DNA from: Lama guanicoe
Lineage: Eukaryota
Direction of reading: 5' to 3'
Assembly: GCA_013239625.1 (NCBI GenBank)
Contig: MU054117.1
Location: 2,416,011-2,480,010 of the forward strand
DNA length: 64,000 nt
Below the pieces are notes generated by a model. That model was not told the DNA's origin. It was given only the letters and a program-made list of their open reading frames with translations, and did no database searches. The number at the start of each line of letters is the position of its first letter. The first letter of the stretch is position 1. The translations under genes were made by a program, and so were the position numbers. Below, piece by piece: positions 61,705 to 64,000 of this stretch.

Positions 61705-63480
61705 CTCTTTTTGTGTGTATGTACATTTCACTGACGTCCAGTCGGTTCACAGTGCTGTGTCAATTTCTGGCGCACAGCACAGTGCTTCGGTCATACATGG
61801 ACATACATGTATTCGTTTCCATATTCTTTTTCACCGGAAGTTACTGCCAGATATTGACTATAGTTCCCTGTGCTGTACAGTATGAACTTGTTGTTTATCT
61901 ATTTCATATATCTTAGTGTCTGCAGATCTCGGATTCCCATTTTATCCCTTCCCACCCCTTTCCTCCTACCCTGTAACCATAAGTTTGATACCCACACTGT
62001 GAGTTTGTTTCTGGTTTGTAAATAAATTCATCTTTTTTTTTAGATTACACATGTAAGTGACATCATGGTATTTTTCTTTCTTGTCTTTGTTTCCTTTTAA
62101 TCTTCTTTTTTTGTTGTTGTTTTTCTGTTTTGGTCTCTGTCTTTCAAGTTGGAAGATTTTCTCAAATGTCTGTAATTCTCGGCCATGTTTTTTGGTCCTT
62201 ACTTTTTTTTTTTTAACAGTCTTATTTCCATGTAATTCATTTACCATATAACCTACCTAATTCAGTGTTTTTAGTGTATTCACAGAGATGTGCAGCCAGT
62301 TAACTCTAGAACATTTTCATCACCCCCAAAATAAACCCCACACCCTTTAACTGTCACCCCTGCCCCCCAGCCTTAGGCAATCACTAATCTGCTTTCTATC
62401 TTTATAGCTTTGCCTTTTCTGGACATTTCACATAAATGGAATCATACAATATGTGGTCTTCTGTGACGGGCTTCTTTGATGTAACGTACTGTTTTCAAGG
62501 TTCAGCCATACTGTAACATGTATCAAGACTTCAGTCCATTTTATTACTGAGTAATATTCCATTATAGGGATAGACAACATTTTGTTTATCCATTCATCCA
62601 TCAGTGACGGTCATTTGGATTGCTTCCATGTTTGGGCTATTGCAGATAATACTGCTACCTTTTTGCAGAACTGCCAGACGCTCTTCCAAAGTGGCTGCAC
62701 CATTTTGCATTCCCACCAGCAGTGTACACGGGTCCCAGTTTCCCCACATCCTCGCCAACAGTTGATGTTTTCTGTGACTATAGCCACCCCCGTGGGTACA
62801 AAGTGCTATTCATTGTGGTTTTGATTTCCTTGTGCTTAATGGCCATTCGTACATCTTCTTTGCTCATTTTCAAATTGGATCATTTGTCTTTTTATTATTG
62901 AGGTAGGAGTTCTTCATATATTGTAGAGAGAAGTCCCTTATCTGGTATATGACTTGCAGCTATGGTCCCCATTCTGTCTTTTCACGTTCTTGTGTGTATG
63001 TGTGTGTGTATCTTAATTTTTTTTAATTTTTGCTTTTTTATTGAAGTGTAATTGATTTACAGTGTTTCAGGTGTACAGCAAAGTGATTCAGTTCCATGTA
63101 TATAAATATGTATTCTTTTCCATTATGTTTTATTAACAAGGTATTGAATGTAGCTCCCTGTGCTGTACAGCAGGTCCTTGTTGTTTATCTGCTTTATACA
63201 CAGTCGTGTGTATCTGTTGACCCCAAACTCGTCATTTACCCCACCGCCCTTTCCCCTTTGGTAACCACAGTTTGTTTTCCATGTCTGTGAGTCTTCACAT
63301 TCTTGAGGGTGTCCTTTGAAGCACAGAGTTTTCACTGTGATGAAGTCCCGTGGATCCGTTCTTCTGTTGTTCAGGCTGTTTGTCCTCATTTCAGAGACTG
63401 GGGGCTCTGTGTCCGAGGCAGGACTTGTTGCCTGGTGGGCTTCACTTAGTTGATCGGGGTTGGTGAGCCAGCTGTTTTGT
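61705..63480 (-). mobile_element. Cluster of nested antisense L1 fragments in TEAD4 intron 10
   Basis: Younger L1 tails (61705-62090, 63020-63290: atagttccctgtgctgtacag) within older L1M text (62210-62990: atggaatcatacaatatgtggtcttctgtga, ccaaagtggctgcaccattttgcattcccaccagcagtg). Confidence 0.85.
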
Positions 63481-64000
63481 TGAGGAAAGCAGTCAGCGTC
63501 AGCATATTTACTGGACTTCTCTCTTTCCTGAGTTGGTTCAGTTTCTCCAGAGGAGACTGATGGATGGAGAGGGAGGCCTGGAGGCCTGGAGGCCTGACCG
63601 CCCAGTGTCCAGCCTTCCAGCCTGTTCCCCGTGTCACATCCGGTGGCTCCCTGGCGCCCCCGTCCTGGCCTCTCTCGCCCCAAGGACGTCCGCTGACCCC
63701 TCACCCGGAAGGCACTTTGAGGCTGTAATTCCTGTTGCTTCCTTTCTCTGCAGAAGCCGCTCTGGCTCAGATCGGCCGTCAGTCCTCTTGAACTTGCTGA
63801 GCTCTTTTGTCAGCTTGGTCTCGTCCCTGTTTCCTTCGCCTGTGTGGTAGATCACGTTAAAACAGCTTTCTGCTCTCATGCAACTCAGCTCTCTGGAGGG
63901 AGGGACAGGCAGTCATGTGGTCAGCCTCCCACTTTACCCAGAGGTCCAGGACTGTCGCCTCTAATGCATTGGTGGTCGTCGTCTGCAGCTGGGTTGAGAA

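Noticed and set aside
63572..63596. (GGAGGCCT)x3 tandem repeat
   Set aside because: Short slippage product with no supporting context.
1..64000. CRISPR arrays, rRNA genes or prokaryotic systems
   Set aside because: None seen; the window is spliceosomal-intron mammalian DNA with no regularly spaced repeat-spacer structure.

Overview
Mammalian, GC-rich genomic DNA carrying two + strand genes in tandem, in the same order as human 12p13.33. First are the last seven coding exons of TULP3 (959-6643; tubby domain, stop 6641-6643, candidate polyA signal 8529-8534). Then come the CpG-island promoter, two non-coding leader exons and coding exons 3-10 of TEAD4, which starts at a non-AUG codon (TTG 38449) and runs off the end of the window. 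All coding exons have AG/GT ends and consistent phases. Introns contain L1, L2, MIR, MaLR/ERVL LTR and DNA-transposon relics plus tRNA-Ala-like SINEs that suggest a camelid genome (inference). Repeat family names and human/mouse comparisons come from memory, not from a search. The most notable unexplained structures are: two ~70-bp inverted-repeat pairs not recognisable as transposons inside TEAD4, one bracketing exons 9-10 and nested within an inverted SINE pair (circRNA/skipping candidate); a tandem TEAD (MCAT) motif cluster in TEAD4's own first exon; an out-of-frame AUG ORF overlapping the non-AUG start region; and a locally GC/CpG-shifted L1 relic. I see no evidence for a new gene family; most long ORFs in the track are artefacts of GC content.
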